Assembly: GCA_977862235.1 (NCBI GenBank)
Contig: OZ374559.1
Span: 2,170,001-2,234,000, forward strand
DNA from: Dudresnaya verticillata
Lineage: Eukaryota
Direction: 5' to 3'
DNA length: 64,000 nucleotides
The notes beneath the pieces are model-generated. The model was given only the letters and a program-made list of their open reading frames with translations. It searched no databases and had not been told where the DNA came from. The position numbers were made by a program, and so were the translations under genes. Position 1 is the stretch's first letter. The number at the start of each line of letters is the position of its first letter. Below are positions 1-11,071 of this stretch, piece by piece.

Positions 1-560
1 ATGCGCAGTTACGCCACTGTACGGTTTTAACGGAGCGGGGTCTCTTAGGGACAAATAGGGGTCGAGACGCTTGACCGTATTAACGTTATGCCTGTACGGT
101 TCCTATTGTACACCATGGCCATGGATGGCGCTGAGGCCCTCGCCTCTTATTGTTATAGCAGGGAGTGTCTGCTGAATCATCAGGGGTCGTTCCGGGTTTA
201 TCTGCACAGCTCAATACCACGCGTAAATTATGATGTCACCTGACTAATGACGTAATATACTAATCAAACTGTTACGAAGACGACGGAAATTGATCCACAA
301 TACGACGATGCTAGTACAGGAACTGATCCCGTCACCCTTCTGTAATCCGTCAGAGGATCCAGAGACTGTCGTCCGAGTAGTAGACGTACTCGTCCCCATG
401 ACACAAAATTGTCCTATACTGTTCCGTATGATGAACGCAGTCGTTCTATTACAGGAGCAGTGAAATAATGAATGTGATAGTAGTCACAAATGGTTAGGTT
501 GTACACTCCCACTATTAGGACACAGGAAATAGAACTTTATCAAACTGTTGGCTAACGCCA

Positions 561-1480
561 TCACTCCAATGCTTCTTTCAGATCTTGTAGCCTTTTCTTC
601 AAGAATGGCACATGAACGCAGCACCCGGTGCTACGTCTAATCAGGTTCGCTAGGCGTCGCGGATTTCCCTCGGACTTATCTCCCTCACCATCCATACATC
701 CGCAGTGAGGGCCCTTCCATAGGTCCAGCAGAGTCAGCCTTTCTACCCTCCGCCGCTCATGAAATTTCTTTCCTCTGTAATTGAACTTATAGTTTCCGTC
801 GAAGTACTGCTGAGAGACGGAGAAGTCTGCACTTTCAATTGCGCTGACGCCGTACACCCTTTCATGAAACGCTTTGAAAATAGACGTGTCATAGAGACGT
901 ATTCCTAGCTCTTCCAACCCGACGATACGCATCTGACGCTGTCTTGCCCGACTGACTATACCCACAAACCTCTCCTCTCCCATACGCTCGACTGCCTCCT
1001 TTAAGCTCTCTCCTCCCGAGTTCTTGAAATCGTGTAGGTTCAGGGTCTCGCCTTGTGAGTTGTCGACTTATTCTCTCCCTCCAGAAGCGTTGTGCGACGA
1101 CATTTTTAACAGTAGTACTCTACGGAATAGGTGCAACCTCTGGGCATTCGCTAGAATGAGTACGGGTGGCTGTGAAGCGCCTGGTTTCGAGATTCCAGCG
1201 CTCATGATTTGTGCACAAAAGGGTGGAGAGTCCGACTTTAAGGGTGCAGGCATTTCTGCACAAATGTACAGAGAGGCATCAAGATACGCAGTGTCACCAT
1301 AGTCCCCCGAGACAGTTTCGGTTGGTACCGAGTTGGCGCCAACGCGTGGTCTAACCTTGAGTGTGGATAGGAGTTCAATCCAAATTACTATCCCTATACA
1401 ATCGTATGACCTGCGACTCGCAACCATGCGCATGATTTGGTCGTGAATATCTCGCAGCCTGTTTTTCGGGTAGCATAGGA
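561..1480 (-). pseudogene. Unknown protein with C-terminal Cys/His motifs, divergent from the ParB-MTase gene
   Basis: ORFs 1068..1433 and 561..983 are in the same frame, separated by one TAA at 1068-1070. The joined translation is protein-like and ends in HCGC...GCCVH. The start is uncertain. Confidence 0.4.
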
Positions 1481-1838
1481 CTACTGTACGGACTGCAGCC
1501 CGGATCTCTCTTGTACTGCAGACCCCTCATAGTAGTCACATACTGGTCGGGTTTCGCAGTCCTGAGACTGGAGAGTGTAGTACCGAGACTGTAGCATGTA
1601 TCTGTCCACGATTGGTATGAGCAAAATCCATGCACAAGCGGATGAGGTCAATGACAGCGGCTGGGTCACATGGTTTTTAATTTAATGCACATTCTTTCTC
1701 TCATGCAGTGGGAAGCGTTGTACATGTATGTATTGGGCAAGGGCGGAAAGCTGTGTCCGACAGAGGCAGTAGTCAGAATTCATTGAGATATCCCATCCAG
1801 AACTTCGGCTTACCGGTGCACACGATAGCCTGAGAAAT

Positions 1839-4771
1839 ATGCCACCGAAAAAGAAGAAGGGAGTGGCGCTGAGGTCTGTATCCAACACAGGACAGACCTC
1901 AGCAGACGTAAGAGCGCCTGTATCATCTGGGAATGATAGAGTTCTGTTCGGAGATGTCGTTAATGGAGCTACGCACAAGCGAGTCGACCCTCGTTCATGT
2001 GTCCCGTTGACCTACGTCCGCCCGATCTGCAGATCGGGCGTCGAGCGATTGAAACGCATTTTCCAGGGGACCGACCGGTACAGTTCAGGGACATTGAAGC
2101 CTCCCGTGGAAGGAGCTCCGGACTCTATCGGTTACGTGGCTGGTAGTTATATTCCTGTCGTTGTGCCATTGACAGGGACATTGAGAAGCCGTGTGTCCGA
2201 TTATTTCAGGTCACAAACAAGGAAGGACTGTACGCGTCGTTCCGAGAAAGAAGTTCAGGACATTGTGAAATTGAGGAGGAAATGGTACGGAGTAGTTGAT
2301 GGAATGCATAGATTGGCAGCTATTCGTGAGCTGCTTGAAGAAAACTACAACCAGTGGAAAACCTTTGACTGGCCTGTGCTGGAGCTGAACCCGCGGACCG
2401 ACCTGGTGGTCCTGAAGCAATTCGCTAGACATCAGAATCGTAAGCACGAGGCAAACTGCTTCGTGGAAACTACCCTGTATAACACATTGAAGGGTCTGAA
2501 AGATGAGGCTGATCGCCTTCAAGCGGAGGGAAATGGTATCAAGCCGACAGCAAAAGCGGTTGCGTCCGCTTACGATGGGGGTGTTCATATGCACGAGAAC
2601 ACAGTGAGGCAGACAGCGCAAGTAGCTCTCCGACTAAGTCATCGTGTCATCGATGCGATAGGGGAGATAATGGGGGAAGAAATACCGCAGCTTGCATTGG
2701 CTTCACGAAATGGAAGAACTGCTAAATCAGTAGCAGACGATGCCCTGATGTCGTCGATAGACTGCCGGGTTTTCCGGAAGTTTATTACTCTGAACTCACT
2801 GAAGGCTGCCACAGAGTTCATGCGCGCGGGCCAAATGAGTGGCGTGGTACATGATGAGGGTGTGGAAGTCCAGGTCTCGACACTCTACCGCATTCGAGAA
2901 GTATGCAGGAAGAACGGGTTCAGGCCCGTTCTTTACGGGGTCACCAAATCAGAGTTCGGGAAGGCTAAAGATGCGCTAGCAGAGGTTCGCAAATTCGAAG
3001 GCCTTCGTGAATCTGAGGACTGGCCGGGTCCCATGGACACGATGCGGACAAATCTTCTGCGATCCCAAAAGTTTGATGGCGATATCATGCTTAACAGGGG
3101 CAACGACACATTGATTTTGCAGTGCATTCTGGATATGTACAAGGACTGTTGCCCGGAAGAGCCCCCCTGAAGATCCACAAGTACAATTCTGTTAGAGAAA
3201 AGAATAGAAAGGAGGGCGACGAGGAGATGGCTTTGGATCAGGAGGATTTGAATGGAATTGCGACGGGAGTGCAAGATTCGGGGTGTGTGAATTCCGATCA
3301 GGTAACGACCGTTCGAAACGGACCATCCCCGAGATGGACAGGAAGAACATGAACACGTATCCTCTCCTTCTGCCAATCTAGAGCCGTTACCTTGCAGTGG
3401 GGACCTTGGCTCGACCGAAGACCGTCTCTGTGACGATGCGGAAGATGTGCAGGGGTCGGCTGTAAAATCTGCAGCGACAGTGAACACGGAAAAGTCAGAG
3501 AGGCTGGCTGTACGTGGGGACAAGAATACATCTCACCAAAATTTGGAAGCCGACATCCTGAAGTCGTTCAGAATAACCTGCCATCAGATGCGGTGGCAGA
3601 TATTCGACAAGAATGTTCGCGAGGGTGTTGGGGACCTATACGACGCAGTTCTTACCGACACACAGTATGGAACGCCTGCATCACAGTCCGGTGCAGGGAA
3701 ACAGTACGACAACTATATGAGTGATTCTGAAATATCTGAGCTTGCAGAAATGTGCAGGCAATCCGTTGTGCCGGGAGGGTGGGTGTTCATGTTCGTGTCC
3801 TACCAGACATTCGAACATATAAGGCAGGCTCTTCTCAAGGCCGGATTCATTTGCCCAACTTACGCCTTTTCGATTGCAAAGGATACACACACGGTGCAGG
3901 AGAGGCGAGGAAATGACTGTCCCCAAAATGGCCACGAAATTGCCGTCATGGGAAGAGCCCCAGGACAACACCCCAACGGATTTAAAGTGGATCTTCGAAG
4001 CCCGTACCAATTTGTGAAGGCCTCCGAAAAGAGAAAGTTTGCATGCATGTCCCAAATTCCTGTTTCTAAGAAGAAGCTTCTTAAACCGGGTACCAAATCT
4101 CCGGTGCTTACGGAGGAGAAGAATGTTCAGCTGTTAGTGGAATTGTTGACGACCTTCTGCCCTGAGGGAGGTGCCATTCTGGACATGTATGCCGGAACGA
4201 TGACAACTGCAATTGCAGCTATGCAGACTGGTAGGAAGTGCACCTGCATAGAGCAGAGTCTACAGACTACAGGCTTGCAGTTGCACGCTTGAAAAGGATA
4301 GCAGGTGATCATCGCAAATTGTCGGATGGAATGGAAGGAACACCATTGTGCCATGGTACAGCGGAAGAGGCCCTGGGAGAAGACCAGGGAGCGGATGTGG
4401 AAAACCCGCAACAGAAACTGCTCAGGAATGAGGCGAAGAAAAATTCGGATTGTATTACTGGTGGCGATGCAGTTGTTCTGTACGTTGGGAAGAATGCTGT
4501 TGGGAAGGCAAAAGTCCAATTCGGGGCAAGTCCTGATGAAAACGTTCGCATGCAGATTCATCTCAAACCCCTGTCGGAATACGAAAAGCCAGGACAGGAA
4601 CTCATTGCGGTGTACGCCTTCGAATGTGATTCGTCCTTTGCCACCTCAGCATATCCGTATAACTTTCATGTCCCGAACGGCCGCCCTTCCACGATTCTAA
4701 GTGAGCTAGACGGCTTTTTTGCATGGGATATCCATGCGATGAAAGCCCAGGAGCGGTGCGACCAGAAATGA
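1839..4771 (+). pseudogene. ParB/Srx-like domain + beta-class (N6_N4_Mtase-type) amino-DNA methyltransferase + TnpA/DUF8039-like C-terminal domain; three frameshifts
   Basis: N-terminal PPKKKK (NLS-like). ParB motifs VRP..GVERLKRIF and VVDGMHRLAAIREL (about 2292-2333). MTase motifs in permuted order: motif IV D-T-Q-Y at 3657-3668, then VPGGWVFMF, TEEKNVQLLVELLTTFCPEGGAILDMYAGTMTTAIAAMQTGRKCTCIE, then DYRLAVARL after a shift. ORFs 1839, 3122, 3447 and 4238 join through shifts near 3160, 3330 and 4258. Confidence 0.8.
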
Positions 4772-5246
4772 GGGTAAAGCAGAGTTGAGCATAATAATCG
4801 TTTGCTTCACTAGTTTCCTACGCCATAGCGCAATATCGTAAGCCAGAACCACATGCTACTCCTCGCTGGAGACCCTGTACTGCGACCGACAGCGCTATCC
4901 CGGTAGACGTCCACAGCGCAAAACTTGCATCATCGCTCGGTCCCATTTCCGCAGCAACTTCTCTTTCACACTGTCGGATCTGCAGAGTTCCATCGCATTG
5001 TAGCTCTTGCAGAGCATGGGATGAATGTCGAGCGGCATGGAAGATCTGCCAACAAGCATCTACAGGAATGATGCATCCACGGCCCCGGTAGAGTAATAGT
5101 AGCGAGGCGGGTCGGGTCACAGCACGGTGAGAATATCGAGAGCTCCGATTTGCAGGTAGGTGCACTCGAGCAATACACTTGCGTCTCATCGCGGTACGAG
5201 TGCCCGCAGTTCCGAAATTACTGCAATCGCGTGAAAAGCTATCCAA

Positions 5247-5600
5247 TATTATGGAGAATGACCAACAGCTTTTCGGAAAGCCGCACGTAAATTTCTATTA
5301 AACAGCACATACACTGTACGAGATCTGAAAACCTATGATAGGTTTTCCGAAACGTGAGTGCTCATGTGCTGTTTAATAGCTTTTTGAATCTCACTGGTCG
5401 AAAAGCTGTCATAGGTTTTGCGATTGCCTCGGGCCAAACACCTTTTTGATAGAAACTACGTTTGCTCGACCCCAGGACCTATTCCGTATTATGGAGAATG
5501 CAAGATAGCTTTTCAGGTCGCGCGGCACAACTCTCCAGGATTTTTTCCACGAGATTTATCGCTGATTCCCTTCTCGGACTTTTTTTTCGGAACACCTGGG
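5247..5600. repeat. Transposon-end-like tract: concentric imperfect palindrome, direct repeat and CCCAGG-type end
   Basis: Inverted pairs 5265-5275/5399-5409 and 5295-5310/5364-5379, plus palindrome 5327-5347, all centre on 5337. TATTATGGAGAATG..AGCTTTTC occurs at 5247 and 5487. The tract ends CGGAACACCTGGG at 5600, where composition turns GC-rich. Confidence 0.55.
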
Positions 5601-5958
5601 TCCCTCCACCCGTCCGTCGCGCCCCGCGGGGACCCGTCCAATGCACCCCCTCCGCCGTGCGCGCGCGCCTCTCCATACCACCACCGCCACCAGCCCACGC
5701 CCACCCACCGCGGCGCTCGCGCGCGCAGCACTGTCGACGCGGCGCCGTCGCCGCCGCCGCCGCGCCGACATAGCCGCCGCCACGTAGCCCCCGGCGCGGC
5801 GCGCACGCGCAGCCCGCGCCGCGGCTATAGCCGCGCTTGTATGCGGCTGCGCGCCGCACCGCGTGGTGTACAAGTTCGTCCCGGCGCACGCTCGCGAGCG
5901 CGCCTGCGCGCTGACTCGAGAGACCGCCGCGGCGAGCGCCGTATCGCCCTGCGCGCTC

Positions 5959-6330
5959 ATGCGACCGCGCAACTGTGCCGCGCCCGCCGTGGCACTGCTG
6001 CTTGTTGCTTGCTCACTTGGCGCTGTCGCTGCTGCTGGTGCTATTCGTACTGCTGGTGATGGCGCTGTGGCTGAGGGTTGGTGGTGGGGTGCTATCGATG
6101 GCGTCATGAGAAAGAAAGCCCCGAATGATGGTGGAGCGCCAGGGGGAAAGATTGCGCAGGGGAAGGGAAACCCGGTTGGGAAGAAGCCCGCACCGCCGAA
6201 GAAACAGCAGCCTAAGAAACAGCCCGGGAAGAAGCCTCCACCAAAGAAACAGACGGGGAAGAATTCCCCACCACGGCCGTCGTTCGTCGCGCCTGCGCCC
6301 GCCCCGGCGTGCTCCCTGTTCTCCGATTAA
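5959..6330 (+). pseudogene. Signal-peptide-bearing, Lys/Pro-rich segment; possible 5' part of the downstream GT2 gene
   Basis: MRPRNCAAPAVALLLVACSLGAVAAA hydrophobic leader followed by KKPAPPKKQQPKK repeats, on the same strand just upstream of the GT2 fragments. Confidence 0.35.
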
Positions 6331-6414
6331 TGAGACGTGGTGATCTGGCCCGATAGCAGAGTAATAGAATCATGGGAATGGTGTTGTTGGTCATGCGAGA
6401 TCCGGTGAAGCCCA

Positions 6415-7873
6415 TTGAAGAGTCACCCTACTTCTACATCTACGTCTACGTCTACGTCTACGTTGCTCAGGCAGAAGGACTCCCCTTCAGCAGCGGTGGA
6501 AGACGTAGCTGTCGCTGAGCTGGGCTTTTCCACTTCTGGGAATATGCTCACACCAAACACCACTCGAAAGAGACTGCGTCCTGCTTTTTCAACTTCAGAG
6601 CGGGAAAAGGTTGACCTTGACTTTGTTTTATTTATTCTATATGTAACTCGAGGTAATAGTCCGAGACTGGTTGCGCACAATGCAAGAAGAGCGGCCGAGG
6701 TCCTGGCGGAGAGCGGGCTTCCAAAGGAAATGTGGCGAGTCGAGGTTGTCACAGATAATAGGATAGATCCCGGAGCCTTCAAGTAGCGAAAAAGTGGTTC
6801 CACAAGAGTATACGCCCCCCAATGGGGTAATATACAAAGCAAGGGCTCTCAACTATGTAATAGAAGCATCTCCAGCAAGATCAATGGATTGGATTGTACA
6901 CATTTAGACGAAGAAACGCGCTTTGATTCGGATACAATACGGGCGATTTTGCAGCACTGTGGCAGGGAAACATACTTGACGAGGGTTACAAAATCACAGC
7001 AATGGCCACGAATAGGGCAAGGGCCGATTCTTTACGATTCTTTATGGACGTGCCCTAACAGATAGATCTGTTGCTGGAGGCGACTTAGGAACTGGAAACT
7101 GGATGACCACGCTCGCGTATTCGGGCCGAGTCTCCGACGACTGCGGGCGTTATCGGATACAGTATGAGTGTGGCGAGGTATGGGTTGGCATGCACGGATC
7201 GTTCGTGATTGCCGCGAATTGCGTGAAGCAGGAGGTGACGTTTGACCATGGGGTGGACGGAAGTATAGCGGAGGACGCGTTTTTCGCACTATTGGCTTGC
7301 GCGAAAAACGTGCGGTTTGCTTGGATTGATGCATTAATGTTCGAGCAAAGCCCGTTCACGGTGCAGGACTTTGTTAAGCAACGAGAACGATGGCTTGTTG
7401 GTGGGTTACGAGTTGTCTCTAGCAAACAAATCCCATTGCGCCTCCCGTTTCTCATGAAGATGCTGACAGGGTTGTGGGCTCTGATGCAGCTGACATACAC
7501 GGCACTGATCGTATCGATGCTCTTCGGAAGTGGGGAGGGGCAAAGCTCCGCCGGAAACTGCTACTACTTTCATGTGCTACTGCCACTCTTGGCCGCGGTA
7601 TCGCTCTGGAACTACATATATGGATTCTTCGTGACGTTTTCGATCTGCAGTCTCGGACCGATCCGGTTCACAACATTGCTCTAACTACAGCTGGTGCTGT
7701 CGAAATTTTTCGGTGTGATGGAGGTGGCAGCGGTATCGTACGCGCTGGTGAACTTTGGCAAAATATCTGGCACGTTCCACGTGGTGGAGAAGGACGGTCC
7801 ACCGAGTGGGACGTCTCCCTCGCGAAGAGACAGCACGGGAATTGCAGGAGAGAATACGCGACTGCTGCCATGA
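6415..7873 (+). pseudogene. egh: Egghead/bre-3-like beta-1,4-mannosyltransferase (GT2), disrupted
   Basis: Motifs YVTRGNSP, EVVTD, DWIVHLDEET, GQG, NWMTTLA..RVSDD, GSFV, TFDHGVDGSIAEDAFF, EQSPFTVQDFVKQRERW and terminal FHVVEKD match egghead. Stops at 6784 and 7682 plus frameshifts. Confidence 0.85.
6433..6462 (+). repeat. (TCTACG)5 microsatellite encoding a Ser-Thr run
   Basis: tctaca followed by tctacg x4. Confidence 0.9.
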
Positions 7874-8859
7874 GGCGCACGCGGGTGTATTGTATCATAG
7901 AGAGATCTGGGTCGCGCATTACCGGGACCATCCCGAACTATGCGGGCTTTCTGTCGTCGCGCTTGTAAAAACAAAACAAAAGCCAAAGCATCATCCGAGA
8001 CGTTGGGGATATGCAACCATCTCGAGGAGAAGAACCATTTCCCCACTTGCTTCAAGGCATGCACATAACAAACTCCTGCGCACGTGTAAGTGTCAACTCG
8101 TCACAGTCGCAGCCACGCCCGACGTATCGCCAGTCGAACCAAGACGCTGTGAGCCAGAAAAGTTCGAACGTACGGCAGCAAACGCATCGCCGAGACCCCC
8201 GCAGTAGCAGCATCGCCATCGCAACGACGGCCCTCCAAGGCACGCTAGCTCACGAGGCCCCTACACTCTGCCATTGGAGTATGCGCGCATAACACACATG
8301 TTGCAGCAGCATCACCTCCATCATTGAGACCATGAAATTATCAAGCATTGAGGTGAATTTATACCTTCAGAAGGTACCTTCGAAGGTACCGAGATGTCGC
8401 TGTACGCCGGGAGATACAAGCTGGTTTTAAGTTCTTTCAGCACCTGCCCCTTTCGACACATGGGTTGAACCCTCGCGCGTACGGGTACGAGCCTGCAAGC
8501 AGTTTTGCAGTTGTTGGACTTTTGCATCTCGTTTCAGCACTTAAGCCGTCGTGTGTGACTGCTTTGAGATGTTCCTGCGTTTTCCCAGTCCTTGTCTCAC
8601 AGGTCCGGTCCAGAGCTGCCCCGATTGGACCATTGGGCTGGTTGCGAGGGCAGCGTGCGGGGCTCCATGGACCATCTGCTGGACTCCGCTGGATTGGTGG
8701 GTGGGGCGCTCCTAACATGAAATAAAACGACGGATATGCCCGGAGCATCCACCGAAACGAAACACGAGCAGCATCGCACGCCTACTGGCGTGCTTCGCAT
8801 ACCATCCCTTCCTGCTCTACGTCCTGCTTCGTGCCCAACCTCCTCCGCACCAAACCACC

Positions 8860-9591
8860 ATGTCTGCCCTTCTCTCCCCGCCGCGCCCGGTGCGCACGCG
8901 CTTCAAAGTACCGGGCGAGGGCGCATATGAGCTGTGCACGGAGCTGCCGCCACCGCCAACCCTCCCACCGCCACCCCCCAAAACGCCCGCTACGCCAACC
9001 CCAGCCACGCCCCCACCAACACCTACCTACACCGCCAGGCCGGTCGGCCTTCCCAAGGTTGCAAAGCTCACCTTCGCGCAGCACGCAACGCTGCACCCAC
9101 CCGCGCCACCACCACCAGACTCGCCGGCCACCCCACCACCAATGTTCAGTTTCCGCAAGCTGACCACCATCACCTCACCCTTCAAGTTCTCCACCGACAC
9201 CGCCGAAGACCCGCCCTCCCCGGCTGCCACCTCCGCCACCGCCACTCCCGGCCCTCGTGCCCAGCCACGCATCGCCCCTGCCAACCCGGATACGCCCCCG
9301 GCCGGCGTGCTCGCGTACAACGCATCCGATGCCGTCGTCCCCCTTGACATGCGCCCGTCCCCCGCACCCACCCTCACACTTCATACCCGGTCCCCGCCAT
9401 CCGCGCAGCGGCTTCGTTCTACACCCGAGGCGCTTAAGCTGCTTATCGGCTGCGCCAATGACGAGGTTGCCGTCTATCCCGACGTCACGCCCGCCCCGCC
9501 TGCGACTGCGCCACCCGATGCGGCGGGAAAGAAGCATCTGTCTGTGTCGGCAGTGGCTACGTTGGCGAGTGTCGCGGACGCGGTGTGGTAG
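8860..9591 (+). CDS. Proline-rich hypothetical protein, possibly a truncated host gene
   Basis: 243-aa ATG ORF in GC-rich sequence; no recognisable domain. Confidence 0.3.
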   Translation: MSALLSPPRPVRTRFKVPGEGAYELCTELPPPPTLPPPPPKTPATPTPATPPPTPTYTARPVGLPKVAKLTFAQHATLHPPAPPPPDSPATPPPMFSFRKLTTITSPFKFSTDTAEDPPSPAATSATATPGPRAQPRIAPANPDTPPAGVLAYNASDAVVPLDMRPSPAPTLTLHTRSPPSAQRLRSTPEALKLLIGCANDEVAVYPDVTPAPPATAPPDAAGKKHLSVSAVATLASVADAVW

Positions 9592-9688
9592 AGAGGCCCA
9601 GCGGAAAGGCAATTGCCTAGGTTAACCTAGATGGCGCGGGAAACGGCTTGGGTCGTGACGTGCACTCATAAACCTTTACTAATGGCGG

Positions 9689-9991
9689 CTACCGTGCCAT
9701 GGAGGTTCCGGAACAGATCTTATAGGATTCGGAGCGGGGGGATCGTGGGCTGGCTTGGGCCTCAACGGATGTGATCACAGTTTCCAGGGCAAACATTGCC
9801 TGCGATAAGGCCAAAGTGACACTGCGATGAACTCGGCGAAAGACACTACCAACCATGCGCAGAGCCGCTCGCTGCAGACGGGCAACCAGCTGACTTAGCT
9901 CATCCTGAGCGCTCTTAAGTTGCTGGAATTCTTCTTCAAGCTCAACGAGTTGCGCTTCGACATCTTCGAGAGTTCTGTCTTCCGTTTGCAT
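9689..9991 (-). CDS. Small coiled-coil hypothetical protein
   Basis: 100-aa ATG ORF with a heptad pattern (LEDVEAQLVELEEEFQQLKSAQDELSQLVARL), divergent from the transposase. Confidence 0.35.
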   Translation of the reverse strand: MQTEDRTLEDVEAQLVELEEEFQQLKSAQDELSQLVARLQRAALRMVGSVFRRVHRSVTLALSQAMFALETVITSVEAQASPRSPRSESYKICSGTSMAR

Positions 9992-10630
9992 TAGGCTTGT
10001 TCCGTGACTTCAGACTCCTCGTTTCTGCGGGCAAGGTGGCGCTGCAAAGCCGAGATATGTACCCTTGCTTCTGTAAGTTTCTCCTGGATGAAGATAAGCA
10101 GACGGTTGATTTGACACACAACTGGCCACCCTAGTCGCTGAAGCTCACGACAAGTACGATACCGTCACCCGAATGGTCCTTATCTCCCCCTGTAGTGTAG
10201 CTATTCTCTCCTGAGCGGAATGCAGCCTCCCTTCTCTTGTCTCTTGATACATGTTGTGCATAAGGTAGAGTCTGGAACTTTTGCCTCACGGCGAACTTCA
10301 AATTTGCAGACTGGTACTTGGTGCATACTATGCTATTAGGTTGGTGCATGTTCGCAAACGGGTGAAAAGCCAGCTGTAGCCCACGGCAGCTCATTGGATT
10401 GACTTGTCCTTCTTCTGCAAGAAAAATAACGGGGTATCGAGACGTAAACATCAACGCAGCCGGCAGCCGGGGTCTTACTTCTCAGCCCCTCTCGATGCTA
10501 TTTCTTATCCTTTACGCCCATAAATACTACGCGCTTGTGGTCGCATGGCGGAATAGAGCAGTCTGCAGGGCGTACCCTTGCGATACCGAGTACTGCTTCT
10601 TGATTGACGGGGACTCGAGATTCGCGACTT

Positions 10631-10694
10631 GTCCGTTCTGATTGGTAACATGGCACGCTGGACTCGTCCGTTCTGATTGGTAACATGGCACGCT
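10631..10694. repeat. 35-bp-period tandem duplication containing a reverse CCAAT box, upstream of the transposase
   Basis: gtccgttctgattggtaacatggcacgct at 10631 and 10666. Confidence 0.8.
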
Positions 10695-11071
10695 CGTCTC
10701 TCGAATCAGACTGTTTTGTTCGCACTGGCGCTATAGTGTATGGCGGAATGGAGTGGTGCATACAGAGCGAGAGGCAAGCCCTTCCAATATCAGTCGTTTT
10801 AACTGGGATCCGTAGCAACTGTGGGCATGCGCAAGCCTGTCATGCAGAACGCCCCACCGCCTCTGGAACAGTATTATATCGGTGTCGTTTCAGAAGCGCC
10901 CTCGGCCCTCCCGAGTATTTCAGCTCTTCAGAACAAGTAGCGCACAGCTATCGCGCCCTAGCCGGAACATCGATTTTGCTCCTTCAATTCGCCCGCCCTG
11001 AGTGCAAGGAGCATCTTGCACTAGTGCATTGCAAAATGGTCAGACTCCCCTGCCGAAAGGGGTAGTAGGAC

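Noticed and set aside
1..453. Possible LTR fragment ending TATTACA
   Set aside because: Its left end is outside the window, so no TSD or partner LTR can be checked.
4818..5246. Possible third gene of the MTase element on the minus strand
   Set aside because: Protein-like stretches are split across frames with stops and show no recognisable motif.
5418..6107. Several long overlapping Arg/Ala/Pro-rich ORFs
   Set aside because: Expected by chance in very GC-rich sequence; only the signal-peptide frame was kept.
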